Notes under the pieces: generated by a model | The model's database searches: none | Told to the model about the DNA's origin: nothing | Seen by the model: only the letters and a program-made list of their open reading frames with translations | Program-made: the position numbers and the translations under genes | Assembly (NCBI GenBank): GCA_965649265.1 | Contig: CBFGKC010000001.1 | Location: 126,516 to 190,515 of the forward strand | Direction of reading: 5' to 3' | Length of the DNA stretch: 64,000 bases | Source of the DNA: a candidate division WOR-3 bacterium | GTDB taxonomy: Bacteria; Hydrothermota; Tepidihabitantia; B3-TA06 | Shown here: piece by piece, positions 10,205 to 19,108 of the stretch | How the letters are laid out: each line of letters starts with the position of its first letter | Numbering within the stretch: the first letter of the stretch is position 1

Positions 10205-11588
10205 AGAATCGAAAGAGAGGATAAGGGTTCTCCTTGTTGACGATGAAAGGTCCTTTCTCGAGGCGACGTCAAAGGCGCTGAACGTGAGAGGCTGCGATAT
10301 TGCCGTTGCATCGAGTGCGATGGACGCAATGGTCGAACTGGAATCGAGGTTCTTTGATGTTGTCGTTCTTGATCTCCGCATGCCCGGCATGGACGGGCTC
10401 GAACTCATGCGCAAGCTTAACGCCGAGCGCCCCACCCAAAAGGTAGTGATCGTCACGGGCCACGCCACGGTCTCGACGGCGGTGGAGGCAATGAAGCTGG
10501 GCGCATTCGAGTTTCTCTTGAAACCCGTGAGAATAGACGATCTCCTTCGCGTGATACAGCGCGGGGCCGAGCTGGGACATCTTGAGCGCCAGAACATCGC
10601 GCTTGCCGAGGAACTCGAACGGCAGCGCGGTTCGGACAAGATAGTCGGTGAAAGCCAGGCCATCAAGAGCGTCAAGGAGTTCATAGACGATGCGGCGGCA
10701 TCGAATCTTCCGGTGCTCATAACCGGTGAAAGCGGGACAGGTAAGGAACTCGTTGCCCGCGCGATACATGCGCGGAGCAATCGCTCGGCGAACCAGCTCG
10801 TGATCGTTGACGGCTCCACCCTTCGTGAAGAGCTCATCGCCTCCGAGCTGTTCGGACACGAGAAAGGCGCCTTTACGGGGGCCGTCACGAAAAAAGCGGG
10901 TCTGTTTGAGATAGCCGACAGAGGGTGTATTTTTCTCGACGAGATAGCCGAACTCTCCGCGTCCAACCAGGCCGCTCTGTTGCGCGTCATCGAGTACGGA
11001 ACGTTCAGGCCGCTTGGAGGGTTAAGGGAGGTTCACACGAACGTGCGCATCATTGCCGCGACCAACCAGGATACAAAATGCCTTGTCGCCGAGGGCAGGT
11101 TCAGGGAGGACCTCTTTTACAGGCTCGCCGGCCTGATCATAAAGATACCGCCCCTGCGCGAGCGCAAGGAGGACATACCCGTTCTGACCGATTTCTTCCT
11201 TTCACGCCACAACGTATCCAACGCGTCGCAGGTGAAAATATCCAGCCAAGCCCGGGAGGCTCTTCTCGAATACTCATGGCCGGGAAACGTGCGCGAGCTC
11301 TTGTACGTTCTGGAACGCGCCGCTCTCCTGGGCCGCAAGGAGGGTGTGATAACGGCCAACCTTGTTCCCGCGACCGACCGTAAAGATGAAGCGACCTCCG
11401 GCCAGCCTGCAGGGGAGTTTTGCCCAAAGGACAAGCCCACGCTCGCGGAGCTCTCGGCCCGTTACGAACAAGCCTACATAGGCAAGCTGCTTGCCGAGTT
11501 CGGCGGAAACAAGTCCGAGGTCGCAAGGGTGCTCGGGATAAGCAGATCCGTGCTCTACGACAAGCTGCGGAAGCTGGGACTGGAATAA
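10194..11588 (+). CDS. sigma54-dependent NtrC/Fis-family response regulator
   Basis: REC domain, Walker A GESGTGKE, intact ELFGHEKGAFTGA, FLDEI, WPGNVREL and a C-terminal Fis-type HTH. Confidence 0.95.
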   Translation: MQAEESKERIRVLLVDDERSFLEATSKALNVRGCDIAVASSAMDAMVELESRFFDVVVLDLRMPGMDGLELMRKLNAERPTQKVVIVTGHATVSTAVEAMKLGAFEFLLKPVRIDDLLRVIQRGAELGHLERQNIALAEELERQRGSDKIVGESQAIKSVKEFIDDAAASNLPVLITGESGTGKELVARAIHARSNRSANQLVIVDGSTLREELIASELFGHEKGAFTGAVTKKAGLFEIADRGCIFLDEIAELSASNQAALLRVIEYGTFRPLGGLREVHTNVRIIAATNQDTKCLVAEGRFREDLFYRLAGLIIKIPPLRERKEDIPVLTDFFLSRHNVSNASQVKISSQAREALLEYSWPGNVRELLYVLERAALLGRKEGVITANLVPATDRKDEATSGQPAGEFCPKDKPTLAELSARYEQAYIGKLLAEFGGNKSEVARVLGISRSVLYDKLRKLGLE

Positions 11589-11592
11589 ACCG

Positions 11593-11628
11593 CCCCATAA
11601 AAATACAGGGTGTTTTTATGGGGACCCC
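11593..11628. repeat. REP-like 14-3-14 hairpin element, copy 1
   Basis: CCCCATAAAAATAC-AGG-GTGTTTTTATGGGG-ACCCC, 4 nt after the stop codon. Same architecture as the copies at 14216, 17190 and 17235. Confidence 0.7.
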
Positions 11629-11922
11629 AAATAAACATCCCAGGAAACCGCTTCGAGTTTCCTTAGGGACAACACTACGTTATAGCTCCGAGAGTTTCAT
11701 CCTTCAGAACTACCCACGGCAGCTGCACCTTCGAATGGAAGCCCGGAAATCAGTTCCTGGCTTTCGGGAACCTTTTAAAAAAAACCTTCGCGGGCTTGCG
11801 AAAGCGGTATGACGATCGATTTTAAAAGAGAACCATCCTCGCCTGAGATACCTTGAGTCTGTTCGCGATGCTCCAATGCTTGAGGAGGAGGGGGGGCGAA
11901 GCGAATCGAGCCGACGATTACA

Positions 11923-11980
11923 TGTCCTAAAACCGGTCAGTTGCCCTAAAAACGGGCACCGTATGTACGGAATCCATACA
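11923..11980 (+). promoter_or_regulatory. Three tandem 17-bp dyad sites, candidate enhancer (UAS) for a sigma54 activator
   Basis: TGTCCTAAAACCGGTCA (11923), TGCCCTAAAAACGGGCA (11942) and TGTACGGAATCCATACA (11964), about 75-130 bp upstream of the -24/-12 promoter. Confidence 0.6.
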
Positions 11981-12052
11981 AGCAAGTCCAGGAATTCGAA
12001 AGCGCCCCCTCCCCATGTCTCAAAATCCTGAGACTTATGCTCAAGCGAGTCC

Positions 12053-12068
12053 TGGCACGGAACTTGCT
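12053..12068 (+). promoter_or_regulatory. sigma54 (-24/-12) promoter
   Basis: TGGCACG-GAAC-TTGCT, a perfect match to TGGCACG-N4-TTGCW. Confidence 0.85.
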
Positions 12069-12196
12069 CCTTTATTCGGGTGCGAGTTTTTGTGACGCGG
12101 TACAGGTATTGTCTTAGGGAAGACAAACCATCCTGAGAGAGTGGCTAGGGGGGTGAGGGGATAGCTTGCAAGCCGTGAACTTTAAACGGAGAGAAT

Positions 12197-12910
12197 TTGA
12201 ATAAGAGTAAGGCTAATATTCTATTTGTAGACGATGAGAGAGATTTCGCCGCAATGATGGCGAAGGTTTTGGAACTTCGCGGATTTTCAGTCGAAACTGC
12301 ATTTTCCGGCCCCAGCGCTCTTAAAACCTACCAGTCAAAAAGGTACGATCTGGTGGTTTCCGATCTCAGCATGCCGGGTATGGACGGCATCGAGCTGATC
12401 CGCGAGATTCGCAGAATCAATTCCTCTCAGCGTATCATCATAATAACAGGTTTCCCGTCGCAAGCATCCCAGAGAGAGGCATTCAAACTTGGGACAATCA
12501 ATTACATCGTCAAGCCTTTTTCCGTTAACAGGTTCCTTGAGGTGATTTCGGAGTCGCTAGAAGATGATGAGGAGGGTTTGCTGGGGCCGGTTCGTCTTAA
12601 ATGCGAGGATCTCATACAAATGTACGCGCTCGGCGCGCAAAACATTACCATAGAGATACTTAACGCTCGTACGGGCGAATTGGGCCGCGTTTTCATAGAA
12701 AAAGGCAAGGTTGTGCATGCCGAGGCGGGAAAACTCAAGGGCGAGCAGGCGTTTTACGAGATTCAGTCGTGGGACTCCGGTGTGTTCAGAACGGAACCTC
12801 TCAAGGGCAAGGTTCCCAGAACCATTGACCGCAGCCCCGATGCCCTCATCCTCGAGGCGGCGCGCAGGCTTGACGAAAGTCCTGGGGTACGCCGCAAGTC
12901 TGCAAGGTAG
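12197..12910 (+). CDS. Response regulator with DUF4388 output domain
   Basis: REC (ILFVDDE, DLSMPGMDG, KPF) followed by the DUF4388 pattern 'EDLIQMY...GRVFIEKGKVVHAEAGKLKGEQAFYEIQSWDSGVF'. Confidence 0.85.
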   Translation: MNKSKANILFVDDERDFAAMMAKVLELRGFSVETAFSGPSALKTYQSKRYDLVVSDLSMPGMDGIELIREIRRINSSQRIIIITGFPSQASQREAFKLGTINYIVKPFSVNRFLEVISESLEDDEEGLLGPVRLKCEDLIQMYALGAQNITIEILNARTGELGRVFIEKGKVVHAEAGKLKGEQAFYEIQSWDSGVFRTEPLKGKVPRTIDRSPDALILEAARRLDESPGVRRKSAR

Positions 12911-12919
12911 GAACTCCAG

Positions 12920-13243
12920 ATGCAAAAAAAGAAACAAGGCTTGAATTCATTCCATACCCTGGAGAAATTCGTGGCTCTGCTCGAGAATCTTCCCGGCGCC
13001 TACGAGGTGTACTTAACGTCCGAGGCGGGGGAGGAGGGGGTCCTCTTTTGCGGGAACAAGATAATTCGTCATGCCGCATGCAAGGATCTCTCCGGCATGA
13101 ATGCGATGAGCGAGATTCTTTCATGGAACGGGGTCAATTTTAACATCCGTCACGTTCCAACAAGCCCCGAACGCGAGATTTACATACCCCTGAACTACCT
13201 CCTTAAGGTTCTCAAGGAAAAGGTCGGGGCAGGGGTCTTCTAA
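12920..13243 (+). CDS. Stand-alone DUF4388-like protein
   Basis: 'EEGVLFCGNKIIRHAACKDLSGMNAMSEILSWNGVNF' aligns with the DUF4388 segments of the 877 and 12197 proteins. Confidence 0.65.
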   Translation: MQKKKQGLNSFHTLEKFVALLENLPGAYEVYLTSEAGEEGVLFCGNKIIRHAACKDLSGMNAMSEILSWNGVNFNIRHVPTSPEREIYIPLNYLLKVLKEKVGAGVF

Positions 13244-13358
13244 GGGCCGGTTTTCCGTCGTCTACTGAAAGCATAACAGACGTTTTTGACGAAAACATCT
13301 TGCGTCCCTCATTTTTTCCATTATAATATAGCAGTAAAGGATAAAAAGGAGGGCGTAA

Positions 13359-14210
13359 ATGCCCGAGGAGATTAGTAAACAAACGATTCCCAGCGTTTTG
13401 TTCGTCGATGACGAAGTGGATTTCGCTGAGGCCATGTCAACACTCCTGGGGGCTGAGGGTTTTGAAGTAAGCGTAGCACATTCAGGTGCCGAGGCTTTGA
13501 ATACATACTCGAAAGGGAAGTTCGACCTGATAGTGACCGATCTCAAGATGCCTGTGATGGACGGGATCGAGCTCGTGCGTAACATACGCAGGCAGAACCC
13601 GACACAACCCATCGTTATCGTTACCGGTTTCCCCGGCCAGCTTACACCCTGGAACCGCCGGTTTAACGATAAGGATGAGGATCTGGTGGAGCTTGGGTCA
13701 CTTAATTATCTCGTGAAGCCGTTCCAGCCAAAAAGACTCGTCGAGGTTGTCCGCGGCGCAATCGAAAAGCAGAAGGCAAGGCTTGCTCGCGCCAAAAGAA
13801 CCCCGCCTCTTTCGGTTGCCGTTGCCGAGCAGTCGGGGTTGAGCTGGGTGTCAAAGGTAGCCCAGAAGACCCTTGAAGAAAGCGCGGACGCCATAGACGG
13901 TCTCATGGCTTCAGGCATTGCCGATACATCGGGCCGCATTCTTGCCGAGATTAACCCGGCCTCGATCCCTCAGAACTTGTACTGCGGCCGCTTCGCGATA
14001 GTCATGGCCATACTGCGCGAGACCGCCCGCGACATGGGCAACGGCAAGGTGGTCGAGACAATCGTCGAGTCGGACTCGCACTGGAGCGTGGCTCACTTCA
14101 TAGGCCAGAGCAACTACTACCTCTGTGTCGTGGCCTCGCGCCAGACAACGCTCGGCAACCTGAGAACCCTTGTCCGCAAACTGGCGGAGCGTTTCGAGAA
14201 GGTGATATAG
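13359..14210 (+). CDS. Response regulator fused to a C-terminal Roadblock/LC7 (MglB-like) domain
   Basis: REC (VLFVDDE, DLKMPVMDG, KPF). The C-terminal ~115 aa 'AIDGLMASGIADTSGRILAE...ETIVES...YYLCVVASRQTTLGNLRTLVRKLAERF' is a Roadblock/LC7 pattern. Confidence 0.82.
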   Translation: MPEEISKQTIPSVLFVDDEVDFAEAMSTLLGAEGFEVSVAHSGAEALNTYSKGKFDLIVTDLKMPVMDGIELVRNIRRQNPTQPIVIVTGFPGQLTPWNRRFNDKDEDLVELGSLNYLVKPFQPKRLVEVVRGAIEKQKARLARAKRTPPLSVAVAEQSGLSWVSKVAQKTLEESADAIDGLMASGIADTSGRILAEINPASIPQNLYCGRFAIVMAILRETARDMGNGKVVETIVESDSHWSVAHFIGQSNYYLCVVASRQTTLGNLRTLVRKLAERFEKVI

Positions 14211-14215
14211 CTATT

Positions 14216-14251
14216 CCCCGTAAAAGTATGTCGTACTTTTGCGGGGACCCC
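14216..14251. repeat. REP-like 14-3-14 hairpin element, copy 2 (degenerate partner at ~14290-14325)
   Basis: CCCCGTAAAAGTAT-GTC-GTACTTTTGCGGGG-ACCCC. CGGGGACCCCGACGACTTT is directly repeated about 75 bp downstream. Confidence 0.7.
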
Positions 14252-14498
14252 GACGACTTTGCACCCCGGGAATAAACCCCGCATTTTTTCTCCGCAAACG
14301 TCGTCATTTCATGTCCGGGGACCCCGACGACTTTCAGAGAAAGTCGTTCAGAAGTTAATCTTCACTTCCTATTCAGGAAGATAAACTTCACCTGAGAATG
14401 ATGGCTCTTCTTGTAATCGATGTCTTTCCAGCGTCACGAAATATTCGCTCCTGCGGAGCGTTGGAAGTTTAACTCCTATAATCCCAGGAGGTTAAACT

Positions 14499-15731
14499 TC
14501 AGTCTAAAACAACGGCTTTTCTGACTATGCTTGAATGGCCAGTCTCTAGCCTGATAAAATACACTCCTATTGCCAGCCCCGCTTTCAAGCTCACGCTTCC
14601 CTCACCCTGGACCCGGATGCTCTCCACCCTGCGGCCTGCGGGATCGTAAAGGCTTATCGTGCCCTGCTCTCCAGGGGGGAGGGAGTAGCGTATCGAGGAT
14701 AGTGATGCAAAATCAAGCCGGAGGACAGAGGGGGAGGGGGTCTCACCAATGCCGCTGTACTCCCTGGTCAGAATATCGTCCTCGTCGCACTCGTCCGGGG
14801 ACATTCCTGCAAGCCCGCCCGTGACAACGGTCAGCGTGTATGTGCCGCCGCCCGAACCACCGGTATAATCCTTGAAGCTGACCTCGGTGGAGTCGTCCGA
14901 AGCAAGACTCGCTACGATCACCGTGTCCGCATAGGGCGTTGCGCCCTCTATTGTGGCTATCACCTTGACGTCAGTCTGATCCTCGCGGCCGTTGTTCCAG
15001 ACCACAGCCCGTGGATGCGCAAGGTCGCCCGATATGCGCGTGAGGCCGATGTCGTAGTCGGCCCAGCCGGTAAGCCGGAGAGCATCGAAAAACGCCTTCT
15101 GGGAGTACCATGATCCATTGTCATAGTTAGTGTTTGCACGAAGAGATATTGTGTCAAATTCTAAAAGAGTATCCAGATTTTTTACTCCGATTAAATCCTC
15201 TTTGACGCTTTTCCTCATCAAATACCATACGCCTTCTTCATTAATCGTATCGATGAAATACTTCTCATACTTATTATCTGGAGGTGTTGCTAGCCAAGGG
15301 TTGTACCAACTATAAATAGCGTCTACTCCGTGCGGATCAGATGCATTGAAAAACTCCAAGCAGAGGAAAAAACTACTCGTGGGTTGATTCCCTGTACCTT
15401 TAGCGAGGTACATGTAAAAACATTCCAAAGAATCCAAATCGCTGAGTTTTTTTCTAAGGCTAACACCTTGAATTAACCTTCCTTGAGCAACATAAGGACC
15501 CGATGGATTCGAGATGGGTTTTTTCCGCGTATCTATAGTCCCACTCCATTCACCAAGATAAAAGCTATCTGCATCGTGTTTGTTAACTAATATCGAATCT
15601 GTTCCCTCAGGAATGGTTCGGTATCTCCATAAACTACTTTCCAGCTCGAACCCCGCATCCTTGATAAGGTTCACCTTCTCAAGTGCCAGGAGCATTACCG
15701 GAATCAATGTGATGTAAAGTAATCTTCTCAC
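14499..15731 (-). CDS. Secreted protein with CARDB/Ig-like domain and T9SS-type C-terminal sorting domain
   Basis: Signal peptide, unknown N-terminal domain, 'DIGLTRI...VVWNNG' Ig-like domain, SGIGE linker, and CTD 'LYDPAGRRV...GVYFIRL...RKAVVLD'. Confidence 0.8.
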   Translation of the reverse strand: MRRLLYITLIPVMLLALEKVNLIKDAGFELESSLWRYRTIPEGTDSILVNKHDADSFYLGEWSGTIDTRKKPISNPSGPYVAQGRLIQGVSLRKKLSDLDSLECFYMYLAKGTGNQPTSSFFLCLEFFNASDPHGVDAIYSWYNPWLATPPDNKYEKYFIDTINEEGVWYLMRKSVKEDLIGVKNLDTLLEFDTISLRANTNYDNGSWYSQKAFFDALRLTGWADYDIGLTRISGDLAHPRAVVWNNGREDQTDVKVIATIEGATPYADTVIVASLASDDSTEVSFKDYTGGSGGGTYTLTVVTGGLAGMSPDECDEDDILTREYSGIGETPSPSVLRLDFASLSSIRYSLPPGEQGTISLYDPAGRRVESIRVQGEGSVSLKAGLAIGVYFIRLETGHSSIVRKAVVLD

Positions 15732-15819
15732 GACATACCTCCGCTTTAACTTTTTCTATTTTAGCGTTTTTCTAAAAGGAAGTCAACATTAATTTCAAAG
15801 TTCCGGGGGTTCATACTCC

Positions 15820-15849
15820 AAAAAAGGGGCCGGGACTTGCGTCCCGGCC
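15820..15849 (-). terminator. Rho-independent terminator of gdhA
   Basis: GGCCGGGAC-TTGC-GTCCCGGCC stem followed on the minus strand by CCTTTTTT. Confidence 0.7.
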
Positions 15850-15878
15850 AGGCTAAAGGGGTAGGTATTAAAATCTCG

Positions 15879-17147
15879 TCAGGGGAAGATGCCGCGTTCG
15901 CGGTAGACCTTCTCGATCCTCGCAAGCGCGACGATGTAAGCGGCGGTGCGCCAGTCGGTCTTGTAGTGCTTGGCGGTGTCGCGCACCTTTTCGTACGCGC
16001 GCAATATCTTTTTCGAGAGCTTGGTATCCACTTCCTCAAGCTCCCAGCGCTCGCTGCGCTTGTTCTGCAGCCACTCGAAGTAGCTGACAATCACGCCGCC
16101 GGCGTTGCAGAGGATGTCGGGAAGAACGTCAATGCCTTTCTCACCGAGAATCCTGTCGCCGTCCGGGTCTGTAGGGCCGTTTGCGCCCTCGGCCACGAGC
16201 TTCGTGTCCAGAAGCGGCGCAGTTTCAGCGGTTATCTGATTTTCGAGCGCGGAGGGGATGAAAATGTCGCACTTCGTCCCAAGAAACGTCTTGTGGTCTA
16301 TCGACTTCGAACCTGCAAATCCGGCCACGCCGCCCGTCTTTTTGACGTGCTCGGTGAGTGCGTCCGGGTCCATGCCCCTGGGATCGTACACGGCACCAGT
16401 GACGTCCTCAGCCGCGATAAGTATCGAACCATGTGGCTTTAAGAGCTTTGCGGCCCAGGAGCCGACGTTGCCGAAGCCCTGGACGGTGTATGTCGCGTCC
16501 TTGAGATTGAAACCCTTGTCCTTAGCCCAGGCCTCTATCGTAAAGACGACGCCCTGGCCGGTTGCCTTGTCGCGGCCGAGGCTTCCGCCCGACTCGATAG
16601 GCTTGCCGGTAACGACGTGCACGGAGCGCTGGCGCTCCGTGGGCGGGACGGTCGAGAGATAAGTGTCGAGAATCCATGCCATTATCTGAGGATTGGTGTT
16701 GACGTCGGGGGCAGGGATGTCGTACTCGGGACCAATGGTGTTGCCGAGCGCGTAGGTGAAGCGCCTCGTAATCCTCTCGAGCTCCTGTCTCGAATACTTC
16801 GAGGGGTCTATCTGGATGCCGCCCTTTGCGCCGCCGAGCGGGATGTCGGCGATAGCGGATTTCCACGTCATCCAGGTCGCGAGCGCGCGAACCTCGTCGA
16901 TGTTCACCGCGGGGTGGAAGCGCAGGCCGCCCTTGTAGGGGCCGAGCACGTTTGAATGCTGGACGCGGTAGCCGGTAAATACCTCTATCCGGCCGTCGTC
17001 CATCTTGACGGGGAAGTTGACCTCGACCTCATTGGTCGTTTTGGCAAGAATGGTGCGGATGTTGGGGTCCAGCCCCATGAGATCAGCCGCTTTGTTGAAT
17101 TGCCAGCCTACGTTTTCGTAAACGCTGGGCTTATTTTGGGTTTCCAT
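15879..17147 (-). CDS. gdhA: Glutamate dehydrogenase (Glu/Leu/Phe/Val dehydrogenase family)
   Basis: GPYKGGLRF, GGAKGGI, DIPAPDVNT, VTGKP, QGFGNVG, EGANGP and NAGGVIVSYFEW motifs. Confidence 0.93.
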   Translation of the reverse strand: METQNKPSVYENVGWQFNKAADLMGLDPNIRTILAKTTNEVEVNFPVKMDDGRIEVFTGYRVQHSNVLGPYKGGLRFHPAVNIDEVRALATWMTWKSAIADIPLGGAKGGIQIDPSKYSRQELERITRRFTYALGNTIGPEYDIPAPDVNTNPQIMAWILDTYLSTVPPTERQRSVHVVTGKPIESGGSLGRDKATGQGVVFTIEAWAKDKGFNLKDATYTVQGFGNVGSWAAKLLKPHGSILIAAEDVTGAVYDPRGMDPDALTEHVKKTGGVAGFAGSKSIDHKTFLGTKCDIFIPSALENQITAETAPLLDTKLVAEGANGPTDPDGDRILGEKGIDVLPDILCNAGGVIVSYFEWLQNKRSERWELEEVDTKLSKKILRAYEKVRDTAKHYKTDWRTAAYIVALARIEKVYRERGIFP

Positions 17148-17189
17148 CGGTTTTTATCTCCTCTTTTGAGGTTGTGTGAATCTCCTTTG

Positions 17190-17270
17190 CCCCAAACGTC
17201 TGCTTCGCATACGTCCGGGGACCCCTTCTTTTTACCCCAAAAGAATACGGAGTATTCTTTTGGGGGCCCC
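17190..17270. repeat. Two tandem REP-like 14-3-14 hairpin elements (copies 3 and 4)
   Basis: CCCCAAACGTCTGC-TTC-GCATACGTCCGGGG-ACCCC (17190) and CCCCAAAAGAATAC-GGA-GTATTCTTTTGGGG-GCCCC (17235). Confidence 0.7.
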
Positions 17271-17557
17271 TCTTTACGCATCTTCCGGCCACCATCCTGC
17301 ACCTCTCCCTTTTTCCTCTCGGATCCCCCTCCTGCCTGCCTTTCCCTTTCTCCGCCTGCCTCTTGCACGTCTCATTGATTACTTGAATTGGTTAGGATAT
17401 CTCAGAACACCTTATGCCTCAATTATATATAAGAAAGCTTCCGAGTCAAGGCAACCGAACCAAGTACCGCTTTCTTCCTCTCATATATGAAATATGTCTC
17501 ACCGTATCTCCCCTGGATGGGGTCAATCAAGTCTCGTATCGATGCGGCTTACAATAG

Positions 17558-19108
17558 CTACCTGATCTTCGTGACCTTCCGGTAAAGCGTTTGTTGGGGC
17601 GAAGTGAACTTCACGAAATAGACACCTTGCGGAACGTTTTCGGCATCCCAGGTTCTCTCGTACGTCCCGGCGGCGAAGCCGCCTTCCATAAGTGTCGCAA
17701 CTTTGCGGCCCACAGCGTCATAAAGGCTCAAATCGACGCGGGTTGCTTCTCCGAGCATAAGCTTCAACCCCAGTGAGGTGGTGAATGGGGAGGCAGTCAG
17801 GAGCTCGATTCCGGTCCGGGCCGGTTCAGGCTTCTCTTCAACACCTACGAAGTTAAAGGTATCGACGAGCGGCGGGTAGCTGATTTTCACAAGGTAAAAG
17901 TCTGTTGCCCAGAAGGTGATTACGTAAGTATCCAAATCAAGAAAGGCGGTATCAAATTCAGCCGTTACGGTGTCATATTTCTGAACTGCCGTCAAGCCGA
18001 TGGAATCCTCGTAGACTTTTTCCGTGTCGGACAGCCTGTTAATCCTGCAGCGCATGGTTATGCGTTCCAACTCCACCCCAAGCCGCTCGGCATAATCTGC
18101 GGTCGGCGGAAAGGCGACAAACTGATCCGGTGTTTGGGGCAATATCATTGTTATAGGGGTAAAATCGGCCCTTGAGGTGTTGAAGTTCTTGGTCATGCTG
18201 TTGTTCGAGGGGTTCTTGTCATCGGGATGCTGAACGGTGAAAGTGGCGGTGTATACCTTGTTGGCCAATGGAGTAAAGGAGTCAAACCCGGTAACGATAG
18301 TGGTTCCTGATTGGCAGGAATAATTGTTGAGAACGTCATCATAAACCGTTTGCTGTGAGACGATATCTTTTATGGCGCACCTGACCGATGCATGCGCGGT
18401 GGTGTCGAGATTGTTGTAAACCTTGCAAGATGGGAAGAACGGCACGCCTGGCTGTTCCTGGCTGAGCGGACGGATGATCTCGGTCAGCGCAAGGTCCAGG
18501 GTTTCGGGGGGAGGCACGGGAACGGATCCCCATACGTTAACGTCGTCCACCTCGTACCAGTAGGACTTGACCCCTCCCGAGAGCTCGTTGTAGACGAATC
18601 GAACCTGGCAGTTGGCCTTCCCGGCCGCCTGCGCGGTGATGTTTACGCTGTCCCTTTGCGTTACACGAGAACCGGGCATATACGCTTTTACGGTTGTCCA
18701 GCTGCCTGCACCGTTTGAGGCTTGCACGCTGGCCTGAAGCTCGACCAGATTCGGTTTAGGATACCAGTCAACGTCCCACGCAAACCACACAACCTGGTAG
18801 TTGGTTGCGTCGAAAGCCTTTGAAGTAAGCGTGTTGTTCCCGGCACGCGAGTTGTTTTGATTGCCGTCATCGTCGTTATCGGCGCAAAAGCCGTTTCCTC
18901 CGGGCGTAAAGTTGGCCCTGGAATAGAAATCGTTCCGGTACCACTGGTTGTTTCCATTCGTTTGACTCGTTGACCATCCGGCAGGTGGAAAAGAGCCTTC
19001 GAAACCTTCATTGAGAAGAGGAACAACCTGAGCGTTCACGGTCGTTATGGCGAACAATAAAACTACCCATAGTATCACTGTTCTCCATAAGAACTTGGTT
19101 CTTATCAT
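17558..19108 (-). CDS. Secreted protein: cleaved-adhesin/MAM-like beta-sandwich, Ig-like domains and T9SS-type CTD
   Basis: Signal peptide, 'EGFEGSFPPAGWS...YWYEVDDVNV' adhesin-like domain, VGVEE linker, CTD 'LYDAVGRKVATL...GVYFVKF...KVTKIR'. Confidence 0.8.
   Translation of the reverse strand: MIRTKFLWRTVILWVVLLFAITTVNAQVVPLLNEGFEGSFPPAGWSTSQTNGNNQWYRNDFYSRANFTPGGNGFCADNDDDGNQNNSRAGNNTLTSKAFDATNYQVVWFAWDVDWYPKPNLVELQASVQASNGAGSWTTVKAYMPGSRVTQRDSVNITAQAAGKANCQVRFVYNELSGGVKSYWYEVDDVNVWGSVPVPPPETLDLALTEIIRPLSQEQPGVPFFPSCKVYNNLDTTAHASVRCAIKDIVSQQTVYDDVLNNYSCQSGTTIVTGFDSFTPLANKVYTATFTVQHPDDKNPSNNSMTKNFNTSRADFTPITMILPQTPDQFVAFPPTADYAERLGVELERITMRCRINRLSDTEKVYEDSIGLTAVQKYDTVTAEFDTAFLDLDTYVITFWATDFYLVKISYPPLVDTFNFVGVEEKPEPARTGIELLTASPFTTSLGLKLMLGEATRVDLSLYDAVGRKVATLMEGGFAAGTYERTWDAENVPQGVYFVKFTSPQQTLYRKVTKIR

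Noticed and set aside
12100-12180. Possible c-di-GMP-I (GEMM) riboswitch from AGACAAACCATCC...GAGTGG
   Set aside because: It lacks the GNRA tetraloop and the GACGCAAAG/second-stem motif. The local structure is explained by a simple TTGTCTT-AGGG-AAGACAA hairpin.
14216-14346. CRISPR array suggested by repeated GGGGACCCCGACGACTTT
   Set aside because: Only two copies, no regular repeat-spacer series and no cas genes.
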